NCBI RefSeq assembly: GCF_011386835.1
Contig: NC_088812.1
Coordinates: 11,842,001-11,906,000 of the forward strand
From: Chrysemys picta bellii
Lineage: Eukaryota
DNA: 64,000 nucleotides
Direction of reading: 5' to 3'
Shown here: piece by piece, positions 38,381-50,300 of the stretch
Layout: each line of letters opens with the position of its first letter
Position numbering within the stretch: the first letter of the stretch is position 1
The notes under the pieces: generated by a model
Databases searched by the model: none
Told to the model about the DNA's origin: nothing
The model's input: the letters and a program-made list of their open reading frames with translations, nothing else
Position numbers and translations under genes: made by a program

Positions 38381-40510
38381 TAAGAACATAAGAACGGCCA
38401 TACTGGATCAGACCAATGGCCCATCTAGCCCAGCATCTTGTCTTCTGGCAGCAGCTGCTTCCAGATGTGTCAGAGGGAATTAACAGAACAGGGCAATTTA
38501 TTGAGTGATCCATCCCCAGTTGTTCAGTCCCAGCTTCTGGCCGTCAGAGGTATAGGGACACTCAGAGCATGGGGTTGCATCCCGGGAAATAGCCATTGAT
38601 GGACCTCTCCTCCAGGAACTTATCTAATTCTTTTTTGAACCCAGTCACACTTCTAGCCTTCACAACATTCCCCTGGCAAGGAGTTCCACAGGTCGACTGT
38701 GCGTTCTGTGAAGAAGTACTTCCTTATATTTGTTTTAAACTTGCTGCCTATTAATTTCAGCAGGTGACCCCTGGCTTTTCTGTTAGGTGTAGGAGGTAAA
38801 TAACACTTCCTTATTCGCTTTTTACCACATCATGCTTTTACAGACCTCTATCCTATCCCACCTTAGTCATCTCTTTTCCAAGCTGAACAGTCCTAGTCTT
38901 TTTAATATCTCCTCAGATAGAGGCTGTTCCATACCCTTTATCACTTTTGTTGTCCTCTGTACTTTTTGCAATTCTAATACGCCTTTTTTGAGATGCAGCG
39001 GCCAGCACTGCAGGCAGTATTCAAGTTGTGGGCGTACCATGGATTTATATAGCAGCAGTATGATCTTTTCTGTCTTATTATCTATCCTGTTCCTAACATC
39101 GTTAGCTTTTTGAACTGCCTCTGCACACTGAGCAGATGTTTTCAGAGCACTAGCCATGACTCCAACCTCTTTTTCTTGAGTGGTAACAGCTAATTAAGAC
39201 ACCATTCTTTTGTATGTATACTTGGGATTATGTTTTCCAATGTGTATTATTTTCCACTTAACGTTGAATTTCATCTGTCATTTTCTTGTCTAGTCACATA
39301 GTTCTGAGAGATCCCTTTGTAGCTCTTTGTAGCCAGCTTTGGACTTAACTATCTTGAGTAGTTTTGTACCGTCTGCAAACTTTGCCACCTCACTGTTCAC
39401 CCCCTTTTCCAAATCATTTATGAATACGTTGACCAGCACTGGTTTTAGTACAGATCTTTGGGTAACCCCACTATTTACCTCTCTCCATTGTGAAAACTGA
39501 TCATTTAGTCCTATCCCTTGTTTTCTATCTTTTAACCAGTTAGTGATCCATGAGAGGACCTTCCCTCTTATCCCACGACTGTTCACTTTGTTTAAGAGCC
39601 TTTGGTGAGGGACCTTGGCAAAGGCTTTCTGAAAGCCCAGGTAACAGAGGGGTAGCCGTGTTAGTCTGGATCTGTAAAAAGAAAAAGAGTCCTGTGGCAC
39701 CTTAGAGACTAACAGACATATTGGAGCACAAGCTTTCGTGGGTGAATACCCACTTCGTCAGACACATGCGTCTGACAAAGTGGGTATTCACCCACGAAAG
39801 CTTATGCTGAAAGACCAAGTACACTATACCCCCCCAATCAACATGTTTGTTGACCCCCTACACGAATTCTAATAGATTGGTGAGGCAAGATTTCCCTTCA
39901 CAAAAGCCATGCTGACTCTTCCTCAACAAATCGGCTTACTGGTGTATAACTGTCAGGATTGCTTCTGGAGCCTTTTCTCAAGATTGGTGTTCTATTAGCT
40001 GTCTTCCAATCCTCTGGTACAGAGGCCAATTTAAGCTGTAGGTTACATCCCACAGTTAGTAGTTCTGCAATTTCATATTTGAGTTCCTTCAGAACTCTTG
40101 GGTGAATTCCGTTTGGTCCTGGTGACCTATTACTGTTTATCAGTTTGTTCCAAAACCTCCTCTACTGACACCTCAATTTGGGACAGGTCCTCAGATCTGT
40201 CATTCTAAAAATGACGACTCGGGTGTGAGGATCTCCCTCACATCCTCTGCAGTGAAGACGGATGCAAAGAATTCATTTAATTTCTCAATAATGGCCCTGT
40301 CTTCCTTGAGTGCTCCTTTAGCAACTCAATCGTCCAGTGACCCCACTGACTGTTCGGCAGGCTTCCTGCTTCCGACGTACTTAAAAAAAAAAAATCGCTG
40401 TTAGTTTTTGTGTCTTTTGCTAGCTGTTTTTCAGATTCCTTTTTGGTCTCCCTAATTATACTTTTACACTTGATTTGCCAGAGTTTATGCTCTTGTTCTA
40501 ATTTTACTTT
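38381..40510 (-). mobile_element. Decayed CR1 LINE (RT region to 3' end) with a nested insertion
   Basis: Minus-strand frames give ...KAFAKVPHQRLLNKV..., ...NDLEKGVNSEVAKFADGTKL... and ...RPQLEYCLQCW.... The 3' end reads taagaacataagaacggcc on +. The 5' boundary is approximate. Confidence 0.85.
39644..39808. mobile_element. Penelope-like element fragment with a terminal inverted repeat, nested in CR1
   Basis: gagtcctgtggcaccttagagactaac...aagctttcgtgggtgaatacccac is followed by its inverse. Flanked by the imperfect duplication ctgaaagcccaggta / ctgaaagaccaagta. The family assignment is from recall, not from a search. Confidence 0.65.
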
Positions 40511-41764
40511 CCTTTTGCAATAGGAATTTGATTTATTTTCTCCATCACCAATAAATGTTTTATATTAAGAATCAGCCATAGAAACTGAAAGCTAAGCAAT
40601 TAAGAAGAGGAAGATTTGTTGAGGTTTATTTTTCAGCCAGACTTATTCCAAACATTGTTTTTCTAAGCATCTATTTAACTCCAACATCTGATGCACTCTT
40701 GGGAGAAAAGCTGTGTGTGAAAGATTCAAACTGGTACTTCAACTGAGTGCCCAGAAAGTTCCCACAACAATTTTCTAGTCCTCCAGGAAACTTCCATCAA
40801 AAACAAGACAGACAAGACTCGATATTGCCGATGGTTAAAAAACCAAGCAAAACCTTTACATTTTATCATCACAAGGAAGCAATAAGTAAATAAAATACAA
40901 TAAAAAAATGACAAACTTTTTATTCCTATGCAGGTCAGCTTTATATTATTAAACTTTCTTCAGGAACTTGGTTTCATAAGGAAGCATTGTCAGAACTTTG
41001 AAATACATCCTTGCTGCCTTCCTACAACACAAGCCACCAGAGAGATGCCATAGTCGAGCAGTCAGAGCATCAGGTTTGGCAATCAAGACCTTCAGCGTTC
41101 CATGCCCAACCACCACTGATACAGGCAAGTAAATTTCATCTCCTGTGTTCCATCTGTAAAATACAGGTGAAGATACTCACCTCACAACTAATGGTTGTAC
41201 AGCACTTTGAGATATAAAGCCAAATGCCAGGAATTGAGATAACAATGATCAGTAGACAAGCCAGTGCATAATAAGCGGCATCACTTCCAAGATTTGTAGA
41301 ACCTCTCTCTGCTTGGACTTTTCTATGGTGGTTTTACCAATTAGAAGAATGCTTTGAAAACTGAAGACAATTTATTTTACTAGGGTGACGGGATAGAACT
41401 GAAATATTTTCAGTCCCGACATGAAGCTAATCAGGAACAGCCAGAGACATTCCCAATCCTGAAAACATGCCCAGGGAAATAAATACCAAGAGCAAACACT
41501 GCAACACAGGCTACACCTTTCTCCTTCCAACACAGGGCTGTCCAGGAAGAACACAGGGAGGCCTCACAAGCTGACTGCAGGGTCAGTTCAACAAGCGGAT
41601 CATTCAAACAAGGGAAAGCAAATGTCTAAAAGCAAACTCTTCCGAACTTCTTCATTCTTCTAATGACTTGGTCAGCCATGGAGTCATTGACAGAGGATAA
41701 ACTTACCCAAGAGGTCTGCGCACCTTTGCAGCTCCAACCAAAGTACTAATGGTGGGAGAGAGCT

Positions 41765-41920
41765 GAGGTCTATTCCCAGCTCCACCAGTGGGCAAGTCAC
41801 CCTAACTCTGTGCCTCAGTTTCCCCACCCAACAGATAAGGATACTGACCTCCGTGGTAAAGCATTTTGAGACTTATGGATGAGAAGCCCCTACGTACGTT
41901 CTGGGTATTATTATTATTTA
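41765..41920 (+). mobile_element. MIR-like CORE-SINE
   Basis: gggcaagtcaccctaactctgtgcctcagtttcccc...aaagcattttgagac...tattattatt. Confidence 0.6.
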
Positions 41921-42765
41921 TACAAGCATCACACGATCAGTCGAACTTCAGCTGTGGGACGTGTGAAGAAACAGATCTAGGGCAGATGCAGCCATAATTA
42001 ACATCTCTGCTAGGGTAAGAATTAATAAGAGCCAGAAACGCCCCTGTATTTTCTTTTTCCAACCCTTTGTTTCCATCACCAGCCGTTCACTTTCCAGCGT
42101 GAGGACTTTTTTCCACCTTTGCTACAGACAGACGTTCATCGGACGAACCGGCTTCTTTTTAAGTTTGGGTCATCGGAAGCATTTCAAAAAAGCTCAGGGC
42201 AAAGGATTTTTTTTAAAAAACATTTGTTTTTAATCAAACTGCCAATGCTTTAAATGCCAAGGGAGCTGCTTTCAGAGCTCCGAGTTGCATACTCATGCAC
42301 TGCCGCGGCTAGCTGCAGTTATCTGGTAGAGCAGAACTGGAGAACACCCTTTGCAGCTGAGTGATTTTGACAAATTAGCAAGTAAATAGACAAAATCAAA
42401 ACACAGAGCTAGCGCATCAAGATGTTGTCTTTGTCCTTTAATTTTATCCATTGCACTTGAGTTTTCACTATTTAATGCTTTGTAATAGATTAGTAAAAAG
42501 CCTGCACTGTCATTGGAAAAATGAATTCAATGTAATCCTAGACCAAAAGGCGGTGTCTACCTGTGCATCGTTTCTGAATTGGGAAGGGACCACTGATTTT
42601 CTTGGGTGCTTATTCTGAAGTGTGCCATCTAATGAAGTTTTACTGGGCAAATTTAATGCAATATTAAAGTTTTAAACCGCAGCCTTTTCAAGTTTCTGCT
42701 TTAGGAACGGGAGAAAGAAACGTGATATAGAAATAAATCTAACTCATGCACTCGACAGAAGATGA

Positions 42766-43722
42766 CTACATAAGAACGGCCATTCTGGGTCAGACCAATG
42801 GTCCATCTAGCCGAGTCTCTTGTCTTCCGACAGTGGCTACTGCCAGGAGTTTCAGAGGGAATGAACAGAACAGGGCAACTTCAAGTGATCTACCCTCTCA
42901 TCCAGTCCCAGCTTCTAGCAGTCAGTAGTTTAAGGATATCTGGAGCATGGGGATGTGTCCCTGGCCATCTCGGCTAAGAGCCATTGACGGACCTGTCCTC
43001 CAGGAACTTATCTAATTGGTTTTTTGAACCCACTTATACTTTTGGCCCGCATAACACCCTATGGCAATGAGTTCCACAGTTTGGTTGTGCGCTGGGTGAA
43101 GCAGAACTTCCTTTTGTTTGTTTTAAACCTGCTGCCTATTCATTTCATTGGGTGACCCCTAGTTCTTGTGTTATGAGAAGGAGTAAATAACACTTCCTTA
43201 CTCACTTTTTCTACGCCAGTCATGATTTTATAGACCTCTATCGTATCCCCCTTTAGCCATCTCTTTTCTAAGAGAAACAATCCCAGTCTTTTTAATCTTT
43301 CCTCAGATGGAAGCTGTCCTATACCCTTAAGCATTTTCAGTGCCCTTCTCTGCACCTTTTCCAATTCTAATGTATCTTTGTGAGATGACGCGCCCAGAAC
43401 TGCACACAGTATTCCAGGTGTGGCCATCCCATGGATTTACAACAGTGACATTATGATATTTTCTGTCTTATTATCTACCCCATTCCTAGTGGTTCCTAAC
43501 ATTGGTAGCTCTTTTGACTGCGACTGCATGTTGAGCAGATGTTTTCAGGGAACTACCAATGACGACTCAAAGATCTTTCGTGAGTGTAACCGCTAATTCA
43601 GACTCCATCGTTTTGTATGTACAGTTGGAATTATTCCCCCCCCCCCCCAACGTGCATTACTTTGCACTTATCAGCATTGAATTTCATTGGCCAGTCACCC
43701 AGTTTAGTGAGATCCCTTTGTA
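42766..43722 (-). mobile_element. 5'-truncated CR1 LINE
   Basis: 3' end reads cataagaacggccattctgggtcagacc. Minus frame gives LELEKVQRRALKMLKG...LGLFLLEKRWLKGD. Confidence 0.85.
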
Positions 43723-43988
43723 GTAGGGACTTATCCTAATAAACAGGTCCCCTTTACTGCTCTGGTCAACTCAACATGACCACCATTTTATTACACTTAG
43801 CAGCATCCTAAGCTATAAGGATAAGTTGGATATTTTTCCCTCTAGACAAGCACACTTAAATAACTCCCGTGCTAGAGTCCCTTATTCTAAAGGCTGCGTA
43901 AATAGGAGTAAAAATTCTGTCCTTTCTATAAAGATAATGCTTGAAAATCAGGGGGGGGGGGGTTGCAAGGGATACAATAAACCACTTT

Positions 43989-44081
43989 AAAAAGCAACAG
44001 AGGGTCCTGTGGCACCTTTGAGACTAACAGAAGTATTGGGAGCATAAGCTTTCGTGAGTAAGAACCTCACTTCTTCAGATG
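43989..44081. mobile_element. Short Penelope-like insert with a perfect 14-bp TSD
   Basis: The insert aagcaacagagggtcctgtggcacctttgagactaac...gcataagctttcgtgag is the same family as 39644-39808. caataaaccacttt occurs at 43975-43988 and 44082-44095. Confidence 0.7.
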
Positions 44082-45689
44082 CAATAAACCACTTTGGAGA
44101 TCTAAATCCATTTCCTCTGGGCAATACCCACAATTAGGTCCAACCGAGTGGCTTTATATAAAATATGAACTGTTACAAGAACTATATTTGACTGAAGCAA
44201 AGGTGCCTTTTTTATTTTTTAAGGATTATATCATTGGAAAGAGTCTCCCAGAGATGTCACTTTCTAATAATGCTAATAGGAGGCCTATGTGTACATTTCC
44301 CATGCAGCAATATACTTTTTATCTCAAGGCCATTGATGGAGGTGTAATAAAATAGTAAGTTCAACTACTGCTCTTAAACACTACGATTAAAAAACTTTTA
44401 AAACAAAGTTTGAATTCAAAGCATAAAAAGAAGGACCGTCTCTTACCGTGTCTTTGTACAGCATCTAGGTCCTTGTTGAGTTCTCTGGGCACTACCACAA
44501 TTTGAATAAATGATAACCATAATCATGGGCTGCTATGCTGAAAACTACAAGAGGCAGCATGAAATGCAAGAAGCTTCTTTTCTTTCTAAGGGAATGAAGG
44601 AAAACCCGACCTCCTCAGCATTTGCCTAGACGGATTCACAGACAAATGGAAAGTCAGTCCCACTCCCACCCACCACCCTAGAGTGACAGCGACCTTTACA
44701 AATAAAGGCATACTGCACTTTTGAACACCAATATTTTGAGATCCAACATGAGGCAGTATAGAAACACAATGTACTTGACTAACATTAACTGTACGGATGC
44801 CAGACGCACACAAACTTTCAACTGAACTGATCCACTGCAAACAGAATAAATAATCCTCACGCGCTCTCTTCCCCCACTGGCATTTTCTCCCTCTTCCTCC
44901 TTTGGTGACCTCGGATAACCCCATCTCCATCTCACAGGATGGGAGACCAAAACCTAATATCTGTGGTCCTATAATTCCGTTACCAGCGTACAAGCTGGTG
45001 CTGTATACATTCCCCAAAGGAATTAAGGCTTTTGGGGAATCAAATTAACTACTAGACCAAACTGCCTCCCACTCTAAACAATGACACTTTCACTAAGTCT
45101 CCAAACTCAGCCTTTGCAAGCTGGGGGGCATGACTAACTGAGGTCTCTGAGGTTGCATGGCGACCCTGAAAGTGAAAGCTAAGACGAAGCTCAAAATCAT
45201 TATCCTGTCTGCGCTGGGTCTCTCGCTACATGCACAAGACAAGTTCTAAGTGAGGACAATACCTACCCTTCTCCTCCCAACACCTCTGCAGCCTTGATCA
45301 ACAACTCAGCAATGACCGTGCCCTGGTCTTCGCCAAGCAAAAAGGGGAGTGATCGTACCACGGGCTAGCTAACAGGGCATTCTAGTTTCCAAGCATGTAC
45401 CTCAACCTGCTAACACACATGAAAACTACAGACTGCCTTGTCTTTAGGACTTGAACATGTGGTAAGAACACACCTCGATTCCTAGTCTGAACACACCCCA
45501 AAGCTTTGTCTAGATAACATTGCCTTTGGCACTTCTGTACACCAACCTTACGGTTTCAGAGGAGCAGACTTAGGGCATGAGGAATGGACTGCTCCCTGCA
45601 CTAACACAGTAACGCTTATCTGAGGACCTTGAGACACTTTACAAATATTATGATTAAAGCGTTACATTTTCTTAACCTTCCTCAAGATA

Positions 45690-45830
45690 TTACCCCAACC
45701 TTACTAATAGGGAAACTGAGGCACAGGGACATTATATGACTTGCCAAAGGGCACACACTGAGTCAGTGGCAGAGCTAGGAACATAGCACGGGACTCCTGC
45801 CCTGTGCTTTGGTCACAAGACCATCCCTCC
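45690..45830 (-). mobile_element. MIR-like CORE-SINE
   Basis: gggaaactgaggcacagggac...tgacttgccaaagggcacac...agtcagtggcagagctagg. Confidence 0.6.
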
Positions 45831-46724
45831 CTCGGGGGCAGCTGAACCACAGATAAGAAATATTATTTCTTCTCGCGCACAGGTCCCAGGACAGGCCACT
45901 TCTAAGTCTGGTACGTTCACTCGAGAGTTCAGATTTAACAGCAAGAGCCACAGAACCAGACAGCGGAGTACATAGCCGAGGCAGCTACGTTTATCCTCCA
46001 GCTGCCAACAACAGCTTGTGGTCCAAGAATGTCTCGCCGCAAGGCTGCCGCTGCTGTGTCTTCATGTGCCTTACCCCTGCCATGCTAGGAAATTTGGATC
46101 CTTCTTCCTTAAGTCTCCATGGCCCCTATCTATGCTGTGGTACTGCATGGGGATAGAAAAGAATTAATACAGCCCTCCTCTGCGATTGCTGGAGAACCCG
46201 AGCCTAGCCTCTGAGGAAATCACACGGACTGCATGGACAACCAGGGCTGAGGAGGGGCAATTGTACTGAGGCCCTGAGCTCAGGGCCGCCCCACAAAACA
46301 TCTGTCACCTCTGCATAAATAAAGTGAAATGGGAGTGGGTGGGGCCCTAGTGAACAGGTCATACCGGGCCCCCAAATTTCTCAATGGCACCTATGGACAA
46401 AGCCTTGTCCCAATGAGGAATGCTTTTGTGGAGGGTTTTTGTGTGCTGTAGTGAGGCAATACTCCTCACGTGGGAACGAAATTTAGATTTTGCTTGGATC
46501 TAAGTCATCTTCAGTGACGAGGCGAACAACACACATCAAGTGGTCAGGTATCATTCAGCAGATGGCACTCTGCACAATACATCCTGCTCCTCCTGAGGTC
46601 CCGAACATCGGGTGATAAAGACAGGATGGTCCACTGGCTAGGTCTGTACAGCGCCGAGCACAATGGAGCCTGGTCCATGACTAGGACTCCTACGCACTAT
46701 GGTAATACAAATAAAGTAATCACA

Positions 46725-46870
46725 GGTGCTAGCCTGGGACGTGGGACACCCGGGTTCAATTCCCTGCTCCACCAAAGACTTCTTGAATGACCTTGCTCAA
46801 GTCACTTAGCCTCTTGTGGCTCAGCTCCCCATCTGTAAAATGAGGATAGCAGCACTTCCCGCCTTCAGAG
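46725..46870 (+). mobile_element. MIR-like CORE-SINE with a recognisable B box
   Basis: cccgggttcaattccctgctcc...tgaccttgctcaagtcacttagcctct...ccccatctgtaaaatgaggatagcagc. Confidence 0.65.
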
Positions 46871-48021
46871 GGGTCTGACGCGGGTAAAGACATTCAAGAT
46901 TATGAGTAAATCTTCCAAATACCCCAACAAATGGAACCGTTAGTGCAGAGATAAAGCTGAGCAAGGAAATCATCATCTAAGCCAGACACCAACCTGACAG
47001 TTTCACGCTTCTCAGATGAAAAGTGCTAAGTATTATCCAACAGCAGCCTTAACCTTAACTCCGCCACCTTGTGCACGTGCACCATCACGCCAGCTGTAAG
47101 TAATACAATGTTCACACAGCTGCATCGGCCGGGCTAGGAAAAGGGTAAGTTACTTTAAGCAACGGAAAAGAAATACCTCCAAGAATGTAAGATGATCAGA
47201 CAAATCAACCTACAAGACACTGGACTGAAGCAGGGAGGCAAAGCAATTTTATGGAAATCCAACAAGATTCACTGTCCCTGAAGGACTAGAAATAAGAAAC
47301 TATCGTTGCATTTCTAAAAATGTGAAACCCTTCACTCTTCCCACACCCCCACAGGGTGCCTGGTACCACCAAGTGCCACCAAAACAGTCAGGTTACGTTT
47401 CTTTTTTCTTATAGAGGAATATCATGTCAAACTACAGGACCATTCGAGAGCGGGGAGTGGCCAAAGTAAAGGGAGAAGGGTAACAGGCTGGAAGTGACGG
47501 TGGGGGGAATCAGAGAGTGTTTCTTTCCTCTTTTCCAAAAGTAACTACAAGTAAAACCCTAGGAGGCGACGATTTATTGTGGATTCTTTAGTCTGATCCC
47601 TGTGGAGGGAAGGGTGTACCTCCCCCCACCCCAGTTCCCTAAAGCTACCAACCTTGCAGGGCAGTGTATGGAAAGGAACCGAGAAGGGAAAATAGAAGGA
47701 CGCAGGTATGTCCCCAGTCTATCCCCTCTCACGCCAGTGCCCCCCCCCAAGCATGAAGAAAAGGGGCTTCAAAAAGGAAGTCTGGGACACCTGAGCAGCA
47801 GGGAAACACTCCCCAATGCTCCCCCCATTCCCAATAGTTCCCCTATCAGCCCTCCAACCTCAGCCAGCCGCACCCCATTACCCCGGCCTTCTCCTCTCAG
47901 CCATCCCCTCCCTCCCAGAGAGATGCCTCTGTACCCACCTTGCCTCCCCCACCCACCCCAGACGCCTCCCTTAGCCCCCTCGCCACTCCTGGACAGCTGC
48001 CCCTGCCCCCAACCATAGTCA

Positions 48022-49025
48022 TAGTGATCAATGGCTCTATGTCTAGTTGGCAGCTGGTATCAAGCGGAGTGCCCCAGGGTCGGTCCTGGGGCCGGTTTTG
48101 TTCAATATCTTCATTAATGATCTGGAGGATGGCACGGACTGCACCCTCAGCAAGTTTGCAGATGACACTAAACTGGGAGGTGTGGTAGATATGCTGGAGG
48201 GTAGGGGCAGGATACAGAGGGACCTAGACAAATTAGAGGATTGGGCCAAAAGAAACCTGATGAAGTTCAACAAGGACAAGTGCAGAGTCCTGCACTTAGG
48301 ACGGAAGAATCCCATGCACTGCTACAGGCTGGGGACCGACTGGCTAGGCAGCAGTTCTGCAGAAAAGGACCTAGGGGTTACAGTGGACGAGAAGCTGGAT
48401 ATGAGTCAGCAGTGTGCCCTTGTTGCCAAGAAGGCTAACAGCATTTTGGGCTGTATAAGTAGGGGCATTGCCAGCAGATCAAGGGACGTGATAGTTCCCC
48501 TCTATTCGGCATTGGTTAAGCCTCATCTGGAGTACTGTGTCCAGTTTTGGGCCCCACACTACAAGAACGATGTGGAAATATTGGAAAGATTCCAGCGGAG
48601 GGCAACAAAAATGATCAGGGGCTGGAGCACATGACTTATGAGGAGAGGCTGAGGGAACTGGGGTTATTTAGTTTGCAGAAGAGAAGAGTGAGGGGGGATT
48701 TGATAGCAGCCTTCAACTACCTGAAGGGGGGTTCCAAAGAGGATGGAGCTCGGATGTTCTCAGTGGTGGCAGATGACAGAACAAGGAGCAATGGTCTCGA
48801 GTTACAGTGGGGGAGGTCTAGGTTGGATATTAGGAAGGTGGAGAAGCACTGGAATGCATTGCCTAGGGAGGTGGTGGGATCTCCATCCTTAGAGGTTTTT
48901 AAGGCCCGGCTTGACAAAGCCCTGGCTGGGATGATTTAGTTGGGGATTGGTCCTGTTCTGAGCAGGGGGTTGGACTAGATACCTCCTAAGGTCCCTTCCC
49001 ACCCTGCTAGTCTATGAGTCTATGA
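48022..49025 (+). mobile_element. 5'-truncated CR1 LINE with a frameshift
   Basis: Translates [19 protein letters not shown]...[10 protein letters not shown]...[10 protein letters not shown]..., shifting frame near 48620. Ends agtctatgagtctatga. Confidence 0.92.
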
Positions 49026-49039
49026 ACCCTTCCAGCCCC

Positions 49040-49530
49040 CTCCACCTCCCCACAGCCCACCCCCCATCCCCTCCCCACAGACCCCCCATTACCACACCAC
49101 AGCCCAACCCCTCCCCCTCTATCCCCTTCCCACAGCCCACCCCCATCATCACCCTACAGCCCAACCCCTCCCCCTCCATCACCACCCCACAGCCCACCCC
49201 CTCTATCCCCTCCCCACAGCCCCCCCCATCACCACCCCACAGCCCAACCCCTCCCCCTCCATCACCACCCCACAGCCCCCCCTCTATCCCCTCCCCACAG
49301 CCCCCCCATCACCACCCCACAGCCCAACCCCTCCCCCTCCATCACCACCCCACAGCCCCCCCATCATCACCCTACAGCCCAACCCCTCCCCCTCCATCCC
49401 CTCCCCACAGACCCCCCATCACCACCCCACAGCCCACCCCCTCTATCCCCTCCCCACAGACCCCACAGCCCCTCCCCACAGCCCACTCCCTCCCCCTCCA
49501 TCACCACCCCACAGTCCCCCCATCTCCCCC
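49040..49530. repeat. C-rich low-complexity tandem repeat (ccccacagccc / ccatcaccacc)
   Basis: Direct inspection. Confidence 0.85.
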
Positions 49531-49572
49531 CGGACCCCCACCCCCCGGCCAAGCTGCCCCTCCCCCTTCTCA

Positions 49573-50300
49573 CCTGAGGGGAGGGGCTGCGGGGGAGGGG
49601 CCCCCCGGCCCGGCCGCTGGGGGGTGGGGACTGGGGGGCTCAGCGGCTCCGCAGCGGCGGCTCCATCGGCGGCGGCTTCACCTGAGGAGGGACCGGGCCC
49701 CCCTCCCCTCCCCGAGCCACTTCCGGTCCCACTGCCAGGAGACAGGCGGGGGCAACCGCGCGCCGAGCGCATCGAGCTGGCAGGGAGCAACCGAGAGCAT
49801 CGTTCCGGGGGGGGGGGGGGCGTTGGCAGCAGCCGAGCGCCGAATGAATCGAGCGAGCAGGGAGCCGCTAGGCGCTCAGCCCTCGTTCCGAGGGGAGCCA
49901 GGGAAGCGGGCGAGTGCCGAGAGCATCGAGCCAGGGAGAAGCCCCGGGCAGCGGCGAAGCGCATCGATAGCCAGGTTGCCGCAGGAGCAGCCGAGAGCAT
50001 CGATTGGGGGAGCAGCCCAGCGTCGAGAGCATCGATGGGCAGGGCTGGCCCCGCGGGCTACAGCTGGCGGCAGGGCGGGGCGGAGGGCGTGGGCGAGAAT
50101 CGATTCCTAATGATCGATCCGCGCTATTGGCCCCCATCGATGATCGATCCTGAATTCACCCCCCCTCAGCCAACTTTCCATTCTGTATTTTGATTACCAA
50201 ATTATCTGCCACGTGACGGCGGGTCAAATCGATCGATAATCGACTGATCAATAATCGATCATCAGCCGATAATCGCCCCACCCAACCGCTCGGCAAAGGA
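49573..50300 (-). promoter_or_regulatory. CpG-island promoter and probable non-coding first exon of an unidentified minus-strand gene
   Basis: CpG-dense. ETS/GABP motif CCGGAAGTG on - at 49718-49726. Donor CTCAG|GTGAGA near 49573. About 15 kb of AT-rich intron-like sequence follows. Confidence 0.5.
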
